Of a stretch of DNA of 64,000 nt, positions 10,015 through 20,740 are shown one piece after another (position 1 is the stretch's first letter; every line of letters begins with the position of its first letter). The notes beneath the pieces were generated by a model that was not told where the DNA came from, ran no database searches, and saw nothing but the letters and a program-made list of their open reading frames with translations. The translations under genes were made by a program, and so were the position numbers. This DNA comes from an uncultured Collinsella sp. (GTDB lineage Bacteria > Actinomycetota > Coriobacteriia > Coriobacteriales > Coriobacteriaceae), in contig CAAFUK010000055.1 in the NCBI GenBank assembly GCA_900766165.1, forward strand, positions 875 to 64,874, read 5' to 3'.

Positions 10015-10500
10015 ATGCCATGCGATAGCAAATCTCCGCTGTCTCGCGAGACCGATGCGCCCGAGACCATCGTCAAGCTGGAATGCGACATCGACGATGC
10101 GTCGCCCGAGGTACTCGCCTACGCCGCCGACCGCCTGCGCGAGGCCGGTGCGCGCGAGGTGCACTGGCTGCCCGTTTATTGCAAGAAAGGCCGCCCCGGC
10201 TGGCAGCTGCAGGTAATCTGCACCTACGGGGATATCGAGCGCCTGCAGACGATCATCTTCTTGGAAACCACGACCAACGGCATTCGTCGCCAGGTCATGG
10301 AACGCGTTTGCCTGCCACGCCGCTTTGAGCAGGTGACGACGCCATGGGGCGAGGTGTCCGTCAAGGTGGCCACCCTGCCCGACGGCAGCGAGCGTGCAGC
10401 GCCCGAGTACGAGGACTGCGCCCGCCTTGCCTGCGAGCACGGTGTGCCGCTCCAGCGCGTGATGCAGGCAGCACAAGCCGCGGCTCTGCAATTTGAGTGA
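10015..10500 (+). CDS. LarC nickel-insertion protein, C-terminal (LarC2-like) domain only
   Basis: LECDIDD..PE, KKGRPG, ETTTNGIR, TPWGEVSVK, PEYEDC; ATG after AAGGAG. Confidence 0.75.
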   Translation: MPCDSKSPLSRETDAPETIVKLECDIDDASPEVLAYAADRLREAGAREVHWLPVYCKKGRPGWQLQVICTYGDIERLQTIIFLETTTNGIRRQVMERVCLPRRFEQVTTPWGEVSVKVATLPDGSERAAPEYEDCARLACEHGVPLQRVMQAAQAAALQFE

Positions 10501-10553
10501 CACGGTCGGCGACGCGCCACACCCACCCCATCAACCTCACCGAAAGGACCACC

Positions 10554-11102
10554 ATGAAATACCTCATCGCCTCCGACATCCACGGCTCGGCATACTGGAC
10601 CGAGCGCCTGGCCACCGCCATCGAGTCCGAGCAGCCCGACCGCATCGTTCTGCTGGGCGACCTGCTCTACCACGGTCCGCGCAACGACCTGCCGCGCGAC
10701 TATGCTCCCAAGCGCGTGATTCCGCTGCTCAACGCCCTAGCCGACCGCATCATCGCGGTGCGCGGCAACTGCGACGCCGAGGTCGACCAGATGGTGCTCG
10801 ACTTCCCCGTCATGGCCGACTATGCCACGCTGTTCGATGAGACCGGCCGCGAGCTGTTCCTGACGCACGGCCATGTCTTTGGCGCCGGCATGCACAACAG
10901 CGTCGACCACGCGCCCGCGTTGCCCGAGGGCTCAGCGCTCGTCTACGGCCACACGCACATCAAGGTCAACGAGGAAAGCGCCGCGCACCCGGGCCTGTGG
11001 CTCTTCAACCCCGGTAGCGTGAGCATTCCCAAGGACGGCACGCACAGCTACGGCATCTACGAGGACGGCGCGTTCCGCCACGTGATCCTGGAGGAGGACT
11101 AA
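10554..11102 (+). CDS. yfcE: YfcE-family phosphodiesterase
   Basis: ASDIHGS, LGDLLYHGPRN, VRGNCD, THGH, GHTH, NPGSVSIPK. Confidence 0.9.
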   Translation: MKYLIASDIHGSAYWTERLATAIESEQPDRIVLLGDLLYHGPRNDLPRDYAPKRVIPLLNALADRIIAVRGNCDAEVDQMVLDFPVMADYATLFDETGRELFLTHGHVFGAGMHNSVDHAPALPEGSALVYGHTHIKVNEESAAHPGLWLFNPGSVSIPKDGTHSYGIYEDGAFRHVILEED

Positions 11103-11104
11103 CC

Positions 11105-11965
11105 ATGGCGCAGCACATGGCTCAGCAAAATGCCGAGGGCTCGCGCGATCTGTCCACGCTAGTCGACGCGTCGACCGAGCTGCAGCATCTGGTGCAGACC
11201 ATCTGGCGTCTGCGTCAGCCCGATGGCTGCCCATGGGACCGTGAGCAGACGCACCGCAGCATTGGCAAGAACATGATCGAGGAGGCCTACGAGGCGCTCG
11301 ACTGCATCGAGGCGGACGACGCGGTTCACCTACGCGAGGAGCTGGGCGACGTGCTCATGCAGGTCGTGCTGCATGCGCAGATTGCGGCGGACGCCGGCGA
11401 GTTTACGCTGGCCGACGTGGCGCGTGATATCGATGCCAAGCTCATCCGCCGTCATCCGCACGTGTTTGGCGATGTAGATGCCGACAGTTCCGACGAGGTA
11501 CTCAAGATTTGGGACGAGGTCAAGCTTGCCGAGAAAGCCGCCAAGGACAAGGCCGTGGCAGCGGGCGAGGCCGCGCCCGAGGGTCTGCTCGACGGCGTGC
11601 CCACGCATCTGCCGGCGCTGATGCAGGCTCAGAAGGTGTCGCGCAAGGCGGCTGCCGTGGGCTTTGAGTGGGAGACGGTCCAGGACGTGTGGGATGAGGT
11701 CGCCGAGGAACGTGCCGAGTTTGAGGCCGAGGCCCCTGGCTCTCCCGAGCGCGAAATGGAGTTTGGCGACCTGCTCTTTGCCTTGGTCAACGTCGCGCGC
11801 AAAGAGGGGATCGACGCCGAGAGTGCCCTGCGCGCGAGCACGGCCAAGTTTCGCCGTCGCTGGGCCGCGATGGAGCAGATGGCGTCCGACGCCCACGTGG
11901 ATCTTGCCGAGCTTTCGACCCACGGCCTCAACGACCTGTGGGATGCCGCAAAGGCGGAGGAGTAA
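11105..11965 (+). CDS. mazG: Nucleoside triphosphate pyrophosphohydrolase MazG
   Basis: GCPWDREQT, EEAYE, EELGDVL, KLIRRHPHVFG, EFGDLLFALVN. Confidence 0.93.
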   Translation: MAQHMAQQNAEGSRDLSTLVDASTELQHLVQTIWRLRQPDGCPWDREQTHRSIGKNMIEEAYEALDCIEADDAVHLREELGDVLMQVVLHAQIAADAGEFTLADVARDIDAKLIRRHPHVFGDVDADSSDEVLKIWDEVKLAEKAAKDKAVAAGEAAPEGLLDGVPTHLPALMQAQKVSRKAAAVGFEWETVQDVWDEVAEERAEFEAEAPGSPEREMEFGDLLFALVNVARKEGIDAESALRASTAKFRRRWAAMEQMASDAHVDLAELSTHGLNDLWDAAKAEE

Positions 11966-12142
11966 GACTGCGGGAACGACGGGCTGACATGCCTCATCGT
12001 TCCCGCTAAATTTTTCGAAAATCAAGTGTATCCCTCGGCTAACTTAGGGCATAATGCAAAAAGTGCGACATGGCTAACTTATGGAGACGCACCGACGGTG
12101 CACGGTCAGCCGGTCGCTTGCATCCACTACGTTTCCAAGTGA

Positions 12143-13444
<1,302 letters not shown>

Positions 13445-13517
13445 ACGGGCGAATTTGGCGAGGGGGAGGCTGACTCGGTTCCGCCCCCGCCTTGGCTGGA
13501 CGCCGCAAAGCGCTGTG

Positions 13518-13549
13518 GGCGCTGGGCCATATGACTCAGCGCCTTTTTT
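13518..13549 (+). terminator. Intrinsic terminator after eno
   Basis: GGCGCTGGGCCA-TA-TGACTCAGCGCC followed by TTTTTT. Confidence 0.65.
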
Positions 13550-13640
13550 ATGTCGAGCAAAGGCTGGCGAAGGCGGCGCGGGCGCTCGTGCTATAACTAG
13601 AATACTTAGCGCAAACAAACCTCAACCGCACAAGGCGCAC

Positions 13641-14399
13641 ATGGATCAGATTTACGACAACAGGTACTATTCCGCCGGTTCGCGTGAGCCGTCGCCTCGC
13701 CGTGCGCGCACAGTGCAGCTCGGTGGGTCCGCCTACGCCGGCGCCGACCGCTCCACGCAGCGCCCGACAAGTACCTCGCGCCCCAATGCTCATGTGAATA
13801 CTTCGGCAGATGGACCGGTGCGCCCGGCACGTTCGTCGCATGCGTCGCGTCCCTCGGCCCAGATGCACGACAGGTCGAGCAGGCCCTCGAGCCGTCTTTC
13901 GGGCTCGGACTTTATGCGCTACGCCAATGACAATGCGGTGGTCAAGGCGATCTATGACTTTACGCATGGCTCTCTGCGCCCGCTGTTTATCGGCATTGTC
14001 GTGGCGCTGGCGCTCGTGAGCCTGTATTTTCCCGTACGCGACCTGTACGTGGCTAAGCGCTCGAGCGACATCTTGGCCAAGCAGGTCGAGATTCGTCAGC
14101 AATACAATGATGAGATGAAAAAAGACACTGATAAGTGGTTCTCGGAAGAGGGCATTAAGGATTCGGCACGGGGCCTGGGCATGGCGATGCCCGGCGAGAA
14201 GAGGATTGAAGTGCTGGGCCTGGACGATGATTCGGATTCGTCGTCGAGCAAAAAGTCCTCAAACGCCAAGAATGCCAGCGAAGTGGCCAAAGAGATCGAA
14301 GAGGTCGGCAAGGACGCACCGTGGTACATCAAGACGCTCGATATGCTGTTTGGATTTAACGGCGTCGAGGGCCAGACGGTCGCGTCCAGCGGCGAGTAG
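13641..14399 (+). CDS. Septum formation initiator DivIC/FtsB-like protein with long disordered N-terminus
   Basis: Single TM (LFIGIVVALALVSLYFP), coiled coil, IKDSARGLGMAMPGE; conserved eno-divIC-ppx context. Confidence 0.7.
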   Translation: MDQIYDNRYYSAGSREPSPRRARTVQLGGSAYAGADRSTQRPTSTSRPNAHVNTSADGPVRPARSSHASRPSAQMHDRSSRPSSRLSGSDFMRYANDNAVVKAIYDFTHGSLRPLFIGIVVALALVSLYFPVRDLYVAKRSSDILAKQVEIRQQYNDEMKKDTDKWFSEEGIKDSARGLGMAMPGEKRIEVLGLDDDSDSSSSKKSSNAKNASEVAKEIEEVGKDAPWYIKTLDMLFGFNGVEGQTVASSGE

Positions 14400-14427
14400 G
14401 CGAGTAGCGCCCGGAGGGGAGCCCGCA

Positions 14428-15429
14428 ATGGCAGATTGCAAACGATATAAGGTGGCCGCGATCGACCTGGGAACGGTGTCGTCGCGACTGGTGCTGGCGC
14501 AGGTCGAGGGCGGGGCGATCGTGGAATCGTCCAAGCATACCGAGATTACCGATCTGGGCGAGGGCGTCGACGCGACGGGCCGCTTTTGCGAGGCGGCTGT
14601 CGAGCGTGTGCTCGCTGCGTGTCGCATATTTGTGGATGAGGCGCGTGCCTTTGGGGCCGCGTGCGTCTGCACCACCTGCACGAGTGCCGCGCGCGATGCG
14701 TCCAACGCCGCGCTGCTGCTGGACGGCCTGCGCGGGCTGGGGCTCGAACCGCAGGTGATTCCGGGCGAGGTTGAGGCGCGCCTGACATTTTTTGGCGTGG
14801 CGCACGACTTTGCCGGTGAACGCATTATCGTCGCCGATTCGGGCGGCGGCTCCACGGAGCTCGCGACGGGCGTGTACGCACCAGAGCGTGGGGTCTTTGC
14901 GCTGGAGGGAACGCGCTCACTGGACATCGGTTGCCGTCGTGTGACGGAGCGCTTTTTCTCGGCGTTGCCGCCCGCGGACGACGAGCTTGCGGTTGCTGCC
15001 GCGTGGGCGGGCGAGCAGTTCTCCGCCTATTTTGAGGGCCTACCGAGCAATTTTGAGCGTGCAGAGCGTCTGGTCGCGGTGGGCGGTACCGTCACCACGC
15101 TCGTGGCGCTGGTCCACGAGCTGGAGCCGTACGACTCGAGCTTTGTGCACCTGCGCGAGCTTTCGATGGAGCAGATCTCGGCCGCTATCGAGCGCATGTC
15201 TGCGTTGGATGTTGCAGGCATTGCCGCGTTGCCGGGCGTGCAGCCCAAGCGCGCGGGCGTGATTCTGGCCGGCGCCGTGGTGATCCGCGAGCTCATGCGT
15301 GCCGGCGGCTACGATGCGCTCACCGTAAGCGAGAACAGCCTCCTCGCCGGCATGGCCGCCACCATCAACGAGACTCTCGACGGCACAACCCCCACCATCG
15401 GCTGGACCCCGAGCCTGAGTGCTCTTTAA
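14428..15429 (+). CDS. ppx: Ppx/GppA exopolyphosphatase
   Basis: AAIDLGT.S.RL, TSAARDASN, GEVEARLTF, DSGGGSTE, GGTVTT, R..VILAG. Confidence 0.9.
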   Translation: MADCKRYKVAAIDLGTVSSRLVLAQVEGGAIVESSKHTEITDLGEGVDATGRFCEAAVERVLAACRIFVDEARAFGAACVCTTCTSAARDASNAALLLDGLRGLGLEPQVIPGEVEARLTFFGVAHDFAGERIIVADSGGGSTELATGVYAPERGVFALEGTRSLDIGCRRVTERFFSALPPADDELAVAAAWAGEQFSAYFEGLPSNFERAERLVAVGGTVTTLVALVHELEPYDSSFVHLRELSMEQISAAIERMSALDVAGIAALPGVQPKRAGVILAGAVVIRELMRAGGYDALTVSENSLLAGMAATINETLDGTTPTIGWTPSLSAL

Positions 15430-15442
15430 CCGTCTTCCTCTG

Positions 15443-15507
15443 AGTTGCGGTGAAATAGTTCCTAAATAAGCTGGTAAACGGTAAACAGGATCTATTCCAC
15501 CGCAACT
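15443..15507. repeat. Dispersed hairpin element family A, copy 2, between convergent ppx and tRNA-Leu
   Basis: AGTTGCGGTGAAATAGTTCCT ... AGGATCTATTCCACCGCAACT (19/21 IR). Confidence 0.7.
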
Positions 15508-15526
15508 TAGAGCCCCGCCGGCGTGT

Positions 15527-15772
15527 AAAAGAAAAGAGCCCGCATCCCTGGGGGACACGGGCTCGTAAACAATACGTGGTAGGGGCGGTGGGACGTCCGC
15601 GCATTTGCTGCGCAAATACGCACCGGCTTCGGCCGCCTGTCGGCGCCCTCGCCGGCTCGCTGCGGACGCTGCGCGTCCGCTTGATGCTCGCCCCCTTGCG
15701 GGTTCGAGTCCCACCGGCATCTTAAAGAAACGGGCCCGCATCCCAAAGGGACACGGGCCCGTAAGCGTCATA
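15527..15772 (-). repeat. tRNA-associated ~196-bp unit that duplicates the tRNA-Leu 3' end and its downstream hairpin
   Basis: 15577-15594 identical to 15773-15790 (18 bp); GCCCGCATCCC..GGGACACGGGC hairpin repeated before each copy; inverted T-arm copy at 15700-15716. Confidence 0.7.
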
Positions 15773-15857
15773 TGGTAGGGGCGGTGGGACTCGAACCCAC
15801 AATCCTTGCGGCGAGGGATTTTAAGTCCCCTGCGTATGCCAATTCCGCCACGCCCCC
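15773..15857 (-). tRNA. tRNA-Leu (anticodon UAA)
   Basis: GGGGGCGTGGCGGAATTGGCATACGCAGGGGACTTAAAATCCCTCGCCGCAAGGATTGTGGGTTCGAGTCCCACCGCCCCTACCA: full cloverleaf, long variable arm, encoded CCA. Confidence 0.97.
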
Positions 15858-15888
15858 GTAAGACTAGAAGTCTAGCACAAGCCGTCCG

Positions 15889-16512
15889 TTACGCGTTGAC
15901 GGCCATCGAGTGCTGGCCCGACTTTTCCAGGAACTCTTGGAACTTAGCCTCGTCGCCCTTGTTTTTGTACTGCAGGGCCAGCAGGTATTCCAGTCGGCAA
16001 GCCTTGACCTTGTCGTCGCCGGCCTCCTCGAGCATGCGCTCCAGCTCGGGGATGTCGTTGTGGCGCTTGAGAATCATCGTGTCGTACATCAGCTGACATT
16101 CGTGCGCGACCGCCTCGGCCTGACCGCCCTCAAAGCCCTTGATCTCGTGCAGCAACTCCTTGGACTTTTTGCGGTCCTCTTGGCCAACGTAGTAGTTGAA
16201 GGCCTTGATCACCAGGTCGACACGCTGCATCTTGGGCAGGTTAAGGCCCAGCAGCAAGTCGAACATCTCGTCGGCGCGCTTGTGGTCCTCGCGCAGCAGA
16301 TAGGAGTTCAGGCGCAGGTAGTCGCGGTTGTAACGCGGGTACAGCATGCTGGTGAGTTTGGCGTCGAGCAGGCGATCGAACTCGTCCCACTGCTTGGCGG
16401 CCATAAGCTGCTGCAGGCGCTTGAACGTGGTGCGTTTTTTGACGCTAAAGAACACCGACACGGCGATACAGATGATAACGACGGCGGTCCAGAGAGTGCG
16501 GGAATCGGGCAT
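15889..16512 (-). CDS. Membrane-anchored helical (TPR-like) hypothetical protein
   Basis: N-terminal TM followed by KKR, helical repeat pattern, host-like codon usage. Confidence 0.65.
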   Translation of the reverse strand: MPDSRTLWTAVVIICIAVSVFFSVKKRTTFKRLQQLMAAKQWDEFDRLLDAKLTSMLYPRYNRDYLRLNSYLLREDHKRADEMFDLLLGLNLPKMQRVDLVIKAFNYYVGQEDRKKSKELLHEIKGFEGGQAEAVAHECQLMYDTMILKRHNDIPELERMLEEAGDDKVKACRLEYLLALQYKNKGDEAKFQEFLEKSGQHSMAVNA

Positions 16513-16675
16513 ATTAGGGTCCTTAGTCGCTCATAAAGCGAGCGGTATGACAACACGTACTGGATGTATTATACGCAGCGGGCAAGCAAACTGGCATAAA
16601 AGTGCATCGAGGCCGAGCGCCATCGCTCGCTGCGGTACACTTAACTAAAGTAATCCATGAAGGGAGACATTACCT

Positions 16676-16963
16676 ATGAAGAAAATCGTTTTGGCTTGCG
16701 GTGCTGGCGCTGCTACTTCCACGCTCGTTGCCCAGAAGGTCGCCACCCTGCTCGACGCCAACGGTTATGCCGACAAGTACGAGATTGTGCAGTGCGCCAT
16801 CTCCGAGGCCAAGGACGCTTGCGACGAGGGCGCCGACCTGTTGATCGCCACCACCGTCGCCCCCGAGGGCCTCACCTGCCCGTACGTGAGCGGCGTGCCC
16901 TTCATGACCGGCATGAACCGCGTCGCCGCCGAGAAGGCCGTCCTCGACGTCATGGCTCAGTAG
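16676..16963 (+). CDS. PTS IIB component (galactitol/ascorbate-type)
   Basis: KIVLACGAGAATST phosphorylation loop; GVPFMTG. Confidence 0.85.
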   Translation: MKKIVLACGAGAATSTLVAQKVATLLDANGYADKYEIVQCAISEAKDACDEGADLLIATTVAPEGLTCPYVSGVPFMTGMNRVAAEKAVLDVMAQ

Positions 16964-16974
16964 GCGCCGCCTGT

Positions 16975-17349
16975 ATGAGCGAGCAGAACGCCAACCCGGT
17001 CGAACTCTTTGGCATGCGCGTCGCCCACGTGGGCGTCAACGCTACCGACCCGGCCGATGCCCTGGAGATCGCGGAGCTGTTCTCGACGATGATGGGCATG
17101 CCCGTTATCGAGACCCCGGTTTCGTACTTTAACGATTCGCTGGTCGAGATCATGAAGCAGAACGGCCGTGGCACCAAGGGCCACATCGGCTTTGCCGTCG
17201 ACGACATCGACGCGGCAGAGAAGTGGTTCGCCGAGCGCGGTCTCGAGGTCAACGAGGAGTCGCGCGCGCTGCTGCCCGACGGTGGCACCAAGCTCGTGTA
17301 CTTTAAGCGCGAGTTCGCCGGCTTTGCCGTGCACCTGTGCCGCGAGTAG
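16975..17349 (+). CDS. VOC/glyoxalase-like protein
   Basis: VAHVGVN, EIMK, KGHIGFAVDDIDAA, GFAVHL. Confidence 0.7.
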   Translation: MSEQNANPVELFGMRVAHVGVNATDPADALEIAELFSTMMGMPVIETPVSYFNDSLVEIMKQNGRGTKGHIGFAVDDIDAAEKWFAERGLEVNEESRALLPDGGTKLVYFKREFAGFAVHLCRE

Positions 17350-17372
17350 TGCACAAGCTGCTATAGCTAGCA

Positions 17373-17409
17373 AAAAATGGGGTAAGGCGCGTGGCCTTGC
17401 CCCATTTTT
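17373..17409. terminator. Bidirectional intrinsic terminator
   Basis: AAAAATGGGGTAAGGC-GCGTG-GCCTTGCCCCATTTTT. Confidence 0.75.
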
Positions 17410-17441
17410 AATGCCGAGAGGGTGACTGACGGGCTGCCGTA

Positions 17442-17629
17442 AATCGAAGGTGAATGGCTTTCCGCGAAGTGAACGAGTGAAATCGAACCCCTGGAGCATC
17501 GACACTTTAGAGGCACCGTTTCCTGCGGTTTTGTCAGGTTTTCCCTGCGGTTTTGGCGCCAAAAAGTGCGGATGCTCCAGGGGTCCAAAATAGGTCGTTC
17601 ACTTCGCGGAAAAGCATTCACCTTCGATT
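17442..17629. mobile_element. MITE/REPIN-like nested inverted-repeat element family B, copy 1
   Basis: 35-bp terminal IR (33/35) containing TTTCCGCGAAGTGAACG, plus inner IR CCCCTGGAGCATCGACACTTT / AAAGTGCGGATGCTCCAGGGG; homologous to 20475-20656. Confidence 0.7.
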
Positions 17630-17643
17630 CGTGAGAGACGCCC

Positions 17644-18939
17644 CTACCGCAGCAGGCGAATCGTAAAGCGGCTGCCGACCCCTTCGACCGAGGTCACACC
17701 GATGACGCCGCCGTGGCTGTCGACAATCCACTTGGCAATGGCGAGCCCCAGGCCCGAACCCTGTGCGCCGACATCGCGCGCGTTGTCGGCACGGTAGAAC
17801 CGCTCGAACGCGTGAGCTGCGGATTCCTGGTTCATGCCGATGCCCTCGTCCTCAATGCTTATGTCAATCGCGCCCGTGCCCGCATCGGGCGTTATGGCAA
17901 ACGTGACGGTCGTGCCCGCGTCCGAATACTTGGCGGCGTTTTGCACGATCACGCGCAGAGCCTGCTTCACGAGTGCCACGTCAACCGATGCGTTGCAGCG
18001 CGGGTCGCTGGTAAGTGTGGCATCGTAGGCCAGCCGATATGTGTGCCCGGCATCGATCATCTGCGATTCTTCGCAAACCTCGCCGACTAGTGCGGCCAGG
18101 TTGGTATTCGCGCGCCGCAGCACGGTGCGGCCGGCATCGCCGCGCGCCAAAAACAGCAGCTGCTCCACGAGCTCCTGCATATGCTCGCTTTCGGTCTTGA
18201 GCGAGGCGATGGACTCTGCCAGCACGCCCGGGTCGTCCTTACCCCAACGATCGAGCATGTTTACGTAGCCCTGAATCACCGCGATGGGCGTGCGCAGTTC
18301 GTGACTCGCATCATTGACAAAGCGCATCTGCTGTAGCTTGGCCTCTTGCATCTGACGCAGTAGGCGGTTGAGCGCGACCTCGATGCTCGCCAAGTCGGCG
18401 TCGCCGGTGGTGACGCTTGGCGAGTCGACGCTTGCGCGCTCGATGGCCTGTTCCAGCGTTTCCATCTTGCCGCCGGCGAGTTGCATACGGCCGAGCTCGT
18501 CCACGCGCAGGGCCAAGTCGTTGAGCGGTGCCATGGTGCGGCGCACGCGGCGGGCGCCGCCGAGCATGTTGAGCACGCTGATGACCTGCCAGCCTAAAAC
18601 AACGATATAGAGGGGCCACAGCGCGGCGAGGTCCTGCGCGAGGGGAAAGGTCTTGGTGCTACGCGCAAGCTCGACGGTATAGGTGAGCGTGGTCGGGTCC
18701 CAGCCGCGCGCGGGCGCCAGCGACATGCCGTGAACGGCGGCGCCGGGGATCCATCCCGCGGTAAACGCGCCGTCGGGCAGCGTCTGGTTGAAGCCATAGA
18801 CGAGGATTGCCGCCGCAACAAGCAGCAGTAACAGATCCAGCCAGACGTAGCTCACCAAGCGGCGCCACATATAGCTCCAGTTGATGGCGCGGGCGATGGA
18901 GGTGACGCGCTTGGCCTCGTCGTTATGGGCGGCAGACAT
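17644..18939 (-). CDS. Sensor histidine kinase
   Basis: Two TM segments, FVNDASHELRTP (H box), NAAKYS (N box), DEGIG, FERFYR, GSGLGLAI; start MSAAH overlaps the regulator. Confidence 0.93.
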   Translation of the reverse strand: MSAAHNDEAKRVTSIARAINWSYMWRRLVSYVWLDLLLLLVAAAILVYGFNQTLPDGAFTAGWIPGAAVHGMSLAPARGWDPTTLTYTVELARSTKTFPLAQDLAALWPLYIVVLGWQVISVLNMLGGARRVRRTMAPLNDLALRVDELGRMQLAGGKMETLEQAIERASVDSPSVTTGDADLASIEVALNRLLRQMQEAKLQQMRFVNDASHELRTPIAVIQGYVNMLDRWGKDDPGVLAESIASLKTESEHMQELVEQLLFLARGDAGRTVLRRANTNLAALVGEVCEESQMIDAGHTYRLAYDATLTSDPRCNASVDVALVKQALRVIVQNAAKYSDAGTTVTFAITPDAGTGAIDISIEDEGIGMNQESAAHAFERFYRADNARDVGAQGSGLGLAIAKWIVDSHGGVIGVTSVEGVGSRFTIRLLR

Positions 18940-19699
18940 AGCCCACCCCGCGCACGGTCTGGATGATGCGGGCGCCGCCGGCGTCCTCGATCTTGGCACG
19001 CAGGTGCGCGATGTGCACGTCGACGTTGTTGGTGTCGCCCACGTATTCGTAGCCCAGTGCCTCGTGCGCGATGCGCTCGCGCACGAGCACGGTGCCGGCG
19101 TGCGCCATAAGCAGGGCGAGGACATCGAACTCGCGGGCGGTCAGCACGATGGGCGAGCCGCCGACCGTGACTTCGCGGCGGTCGGGGTCGAGTGCGACCG
19201 AGCCCACGGCGAGCGCGGTGGGGGAGGGTGAGGCAGAGGTCTTGGCCGAGCCGCCGACCGGGGACGTCGCGGCGGTACCAGCACCCGTAGCGCCCTCCCC
19301 GGCCTCAACGCCGCCAACGCCAGAAGCCGCCCGCGCGGCCTCCGAGCGCTTCAACGCCACGCGGATCCGTGCGAACAGCTCCTCAATCGCAAACGGCTTG
19401 GTCAGGTAGTCGTCGGCGCCGGCGTCGAGCCCGGCAACCTTGTCCATCACGGCATCGCGCGCGGTGACCATGATCACCGGCACTTCCTTGTGCTTGCGGA
19501 CACGCCGCAGGACCTCCATGCCGTTGAGCTGCGGCAGCAGTACATCGAGCAGAATCAGATCGTAGTCGCGCTCCAATGCCAGGTCCACGGCGGTGCGGCC
19601 GTCGGCGGCGTGCTCCACCTGGTAACCCTCGTGCTCCAGCTCGAGCGTCACAAAGCGGGCGATTTTCTCCTCGTCCTCTACGATCAGGATCCGTGCCAT
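18923..19699 (-). CDS. OmpR-family response regulator with extended Ala/Gly/Ser linker
   Basis: ILIVEDE, LLDVLLP, GADDYLTKPF, LTAREF, NVDVHI..LR.K, TVRGVGY. Confidence 0.95.
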   Translation of the reverse strand: MARILIVEDEEKIARFVTLELEHEGYQVEHAADGRTAVDLALERDYDLILLDVLLPQLNGMEVLRRVRKHKEVPVIMVTARDAVMDKVAGLDAGADDYLTKPFAIEELFARIRVALKRSEAARAASGVGGVEAGEGATGAGTAATSPVGGSAKTSASPSPTALAVGSVALDPDRREVTVGGSPIVLTAREFDVLALLMAHAGTVLVRERIAHEALGYEYVGDTNNVDVHIAHLRAKIEDAGGARIIQTVRGVGYVCRP

Positions 19700-19717
19700 C
19701 CGTGCCCCCGTCTGCGA

Positions 19718-20260
19718 TTACTTGTCGTCGTTCAGATTTTGCTTGATGTCGTCCGCGGCATTGGCAGCGCTGTCCATCAAGTTGTTGATGCTGCCGGGCA
19801 CGTCGCCGTCGCTGTCGATGCGGTAGCGCATGCCAAAGAACAGGCCAATCAGCATCAGCCAGATCGTGGCACCCCAGGCAAACAGGGCGATGATGGGGAT
19901 CAGGATGGGGATGTTGAGGATGATGGCGTCGCGGCGCGTGGCGATAAACTTGGTGTCCAAGCTCAGGCGGAAGAGCTTTTTGAGGTACTCCCACACGCTG
20001 TCCATCTTCTTGGAGAAGTCGGTCTTTTCGCTCGATTTTTCGTAGGCGGCCTGCGCGGCGACCATCTCGGCCGAGGGCTCATCGACTGGCGCGGACTCGG
20101 TGGCGGCATGCGCCGACGTGGTCTGGGTCTTGCCCTGCGACTCGAGCCAAATGATGGCGTCCAGAACGTTGCCATCGGCGGCGTCGAGCGCGGCTTTGGC
20201 ATCGGTGTAGCTCACGTTGCACTTGGTGCGGATGGTTTCAACTTTATCGAGGTCGTCCAT
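19718..20260 (-). CDS. DUF4342-like membrane protein with N-terminal UBA/EF-Ts-like domain
   Basis: VETIRTKCNVSYTDAKAALDAADGNVLDAII; C-terminal hydrophobic hairpin. Confidence 0.65.
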   Translation of the reverse strand: MDDLDKVETIRTKCNVSYTDAKAALDAADGNVLDAIIWLESQGKTQTTSAHAATESAPVDEPSAEMVAAQAAYEKSSEKTDFSKKMDSVWEYLKKLFRLSLDTKFIATRRDAIILNIPILIPIIALFAWGATIWLMLIGLFFGMRYRIDSDGDVPGSINNLMDSAANAADDIKQNLNDDK

Positions 20261-20474
20261 GACCTGTCCTTTCGTTCGATGGGCGCGACGCCGGGCGATC
20301 TGCCTGGGCGCGAACGTGGCGTTCGGCAGCCTGCGTTGCGCGGCGCCGCCCCGCCCTTGGTCGAACTCTATAGTGCAGGTTATAGATTAAGCGATTCTTG
20401 AGCCAAGATTAATGTTGGATGAGTTTTTGGGTGGTGGTGGGGAAGGGAGAGGTGTCCTTCTGGGTGGCAAGCAG

Positions 20475-20656
20475 CGAGGTCTAATACTTTTCCGAGAAGT
20501 GAACGAGCTAAATCGGACCCCCGAAGCATCGACACTTTGAGGGCGCCGTTTCCTACGGTTTTGATGCCAGAATCCTGCGTTTATGCCGTTGAAAAATGCG
20601 GATGCTCCAGGGGTTCAAAAACAGCCGTTCACTTTGCGGAAAAGTATTAGAGCTCG
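20475..20656. mobile_element. MITE/REPIN-like element family B, copy 2
   Basis: CGAGGTCTAATACTTTTCCGAGAAGTGAACG ... CGTTCACTTTGCGGAAAAGTATTAGAGCTCG; same inner GCATCGACACTTT / GCGGATGCTCCAGGGG. Confidence 0.7.
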
Positions 20657-20740
20657 ATAGCGGTTGATGTTGACCCGGTACCAAGCCGTCGGCAGAAATG
20701 TGATAAACAAAGCGAACGGATTACTGGAAATCAAAATCAC

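Noticed and set aside
15577..15790. tRNA-Leu as the attachment site of the 35-kb island
   Set aside because: The duplicated 3' end is only 196 bp away and on the side opposite the island; no copy was seen near 55.2 kb
16657..17349. 230-aa ORF as a single gene
   Set aside because: Its first half overlaps PTS IIB in another frame; the real VOC gene starts at ATG 16975
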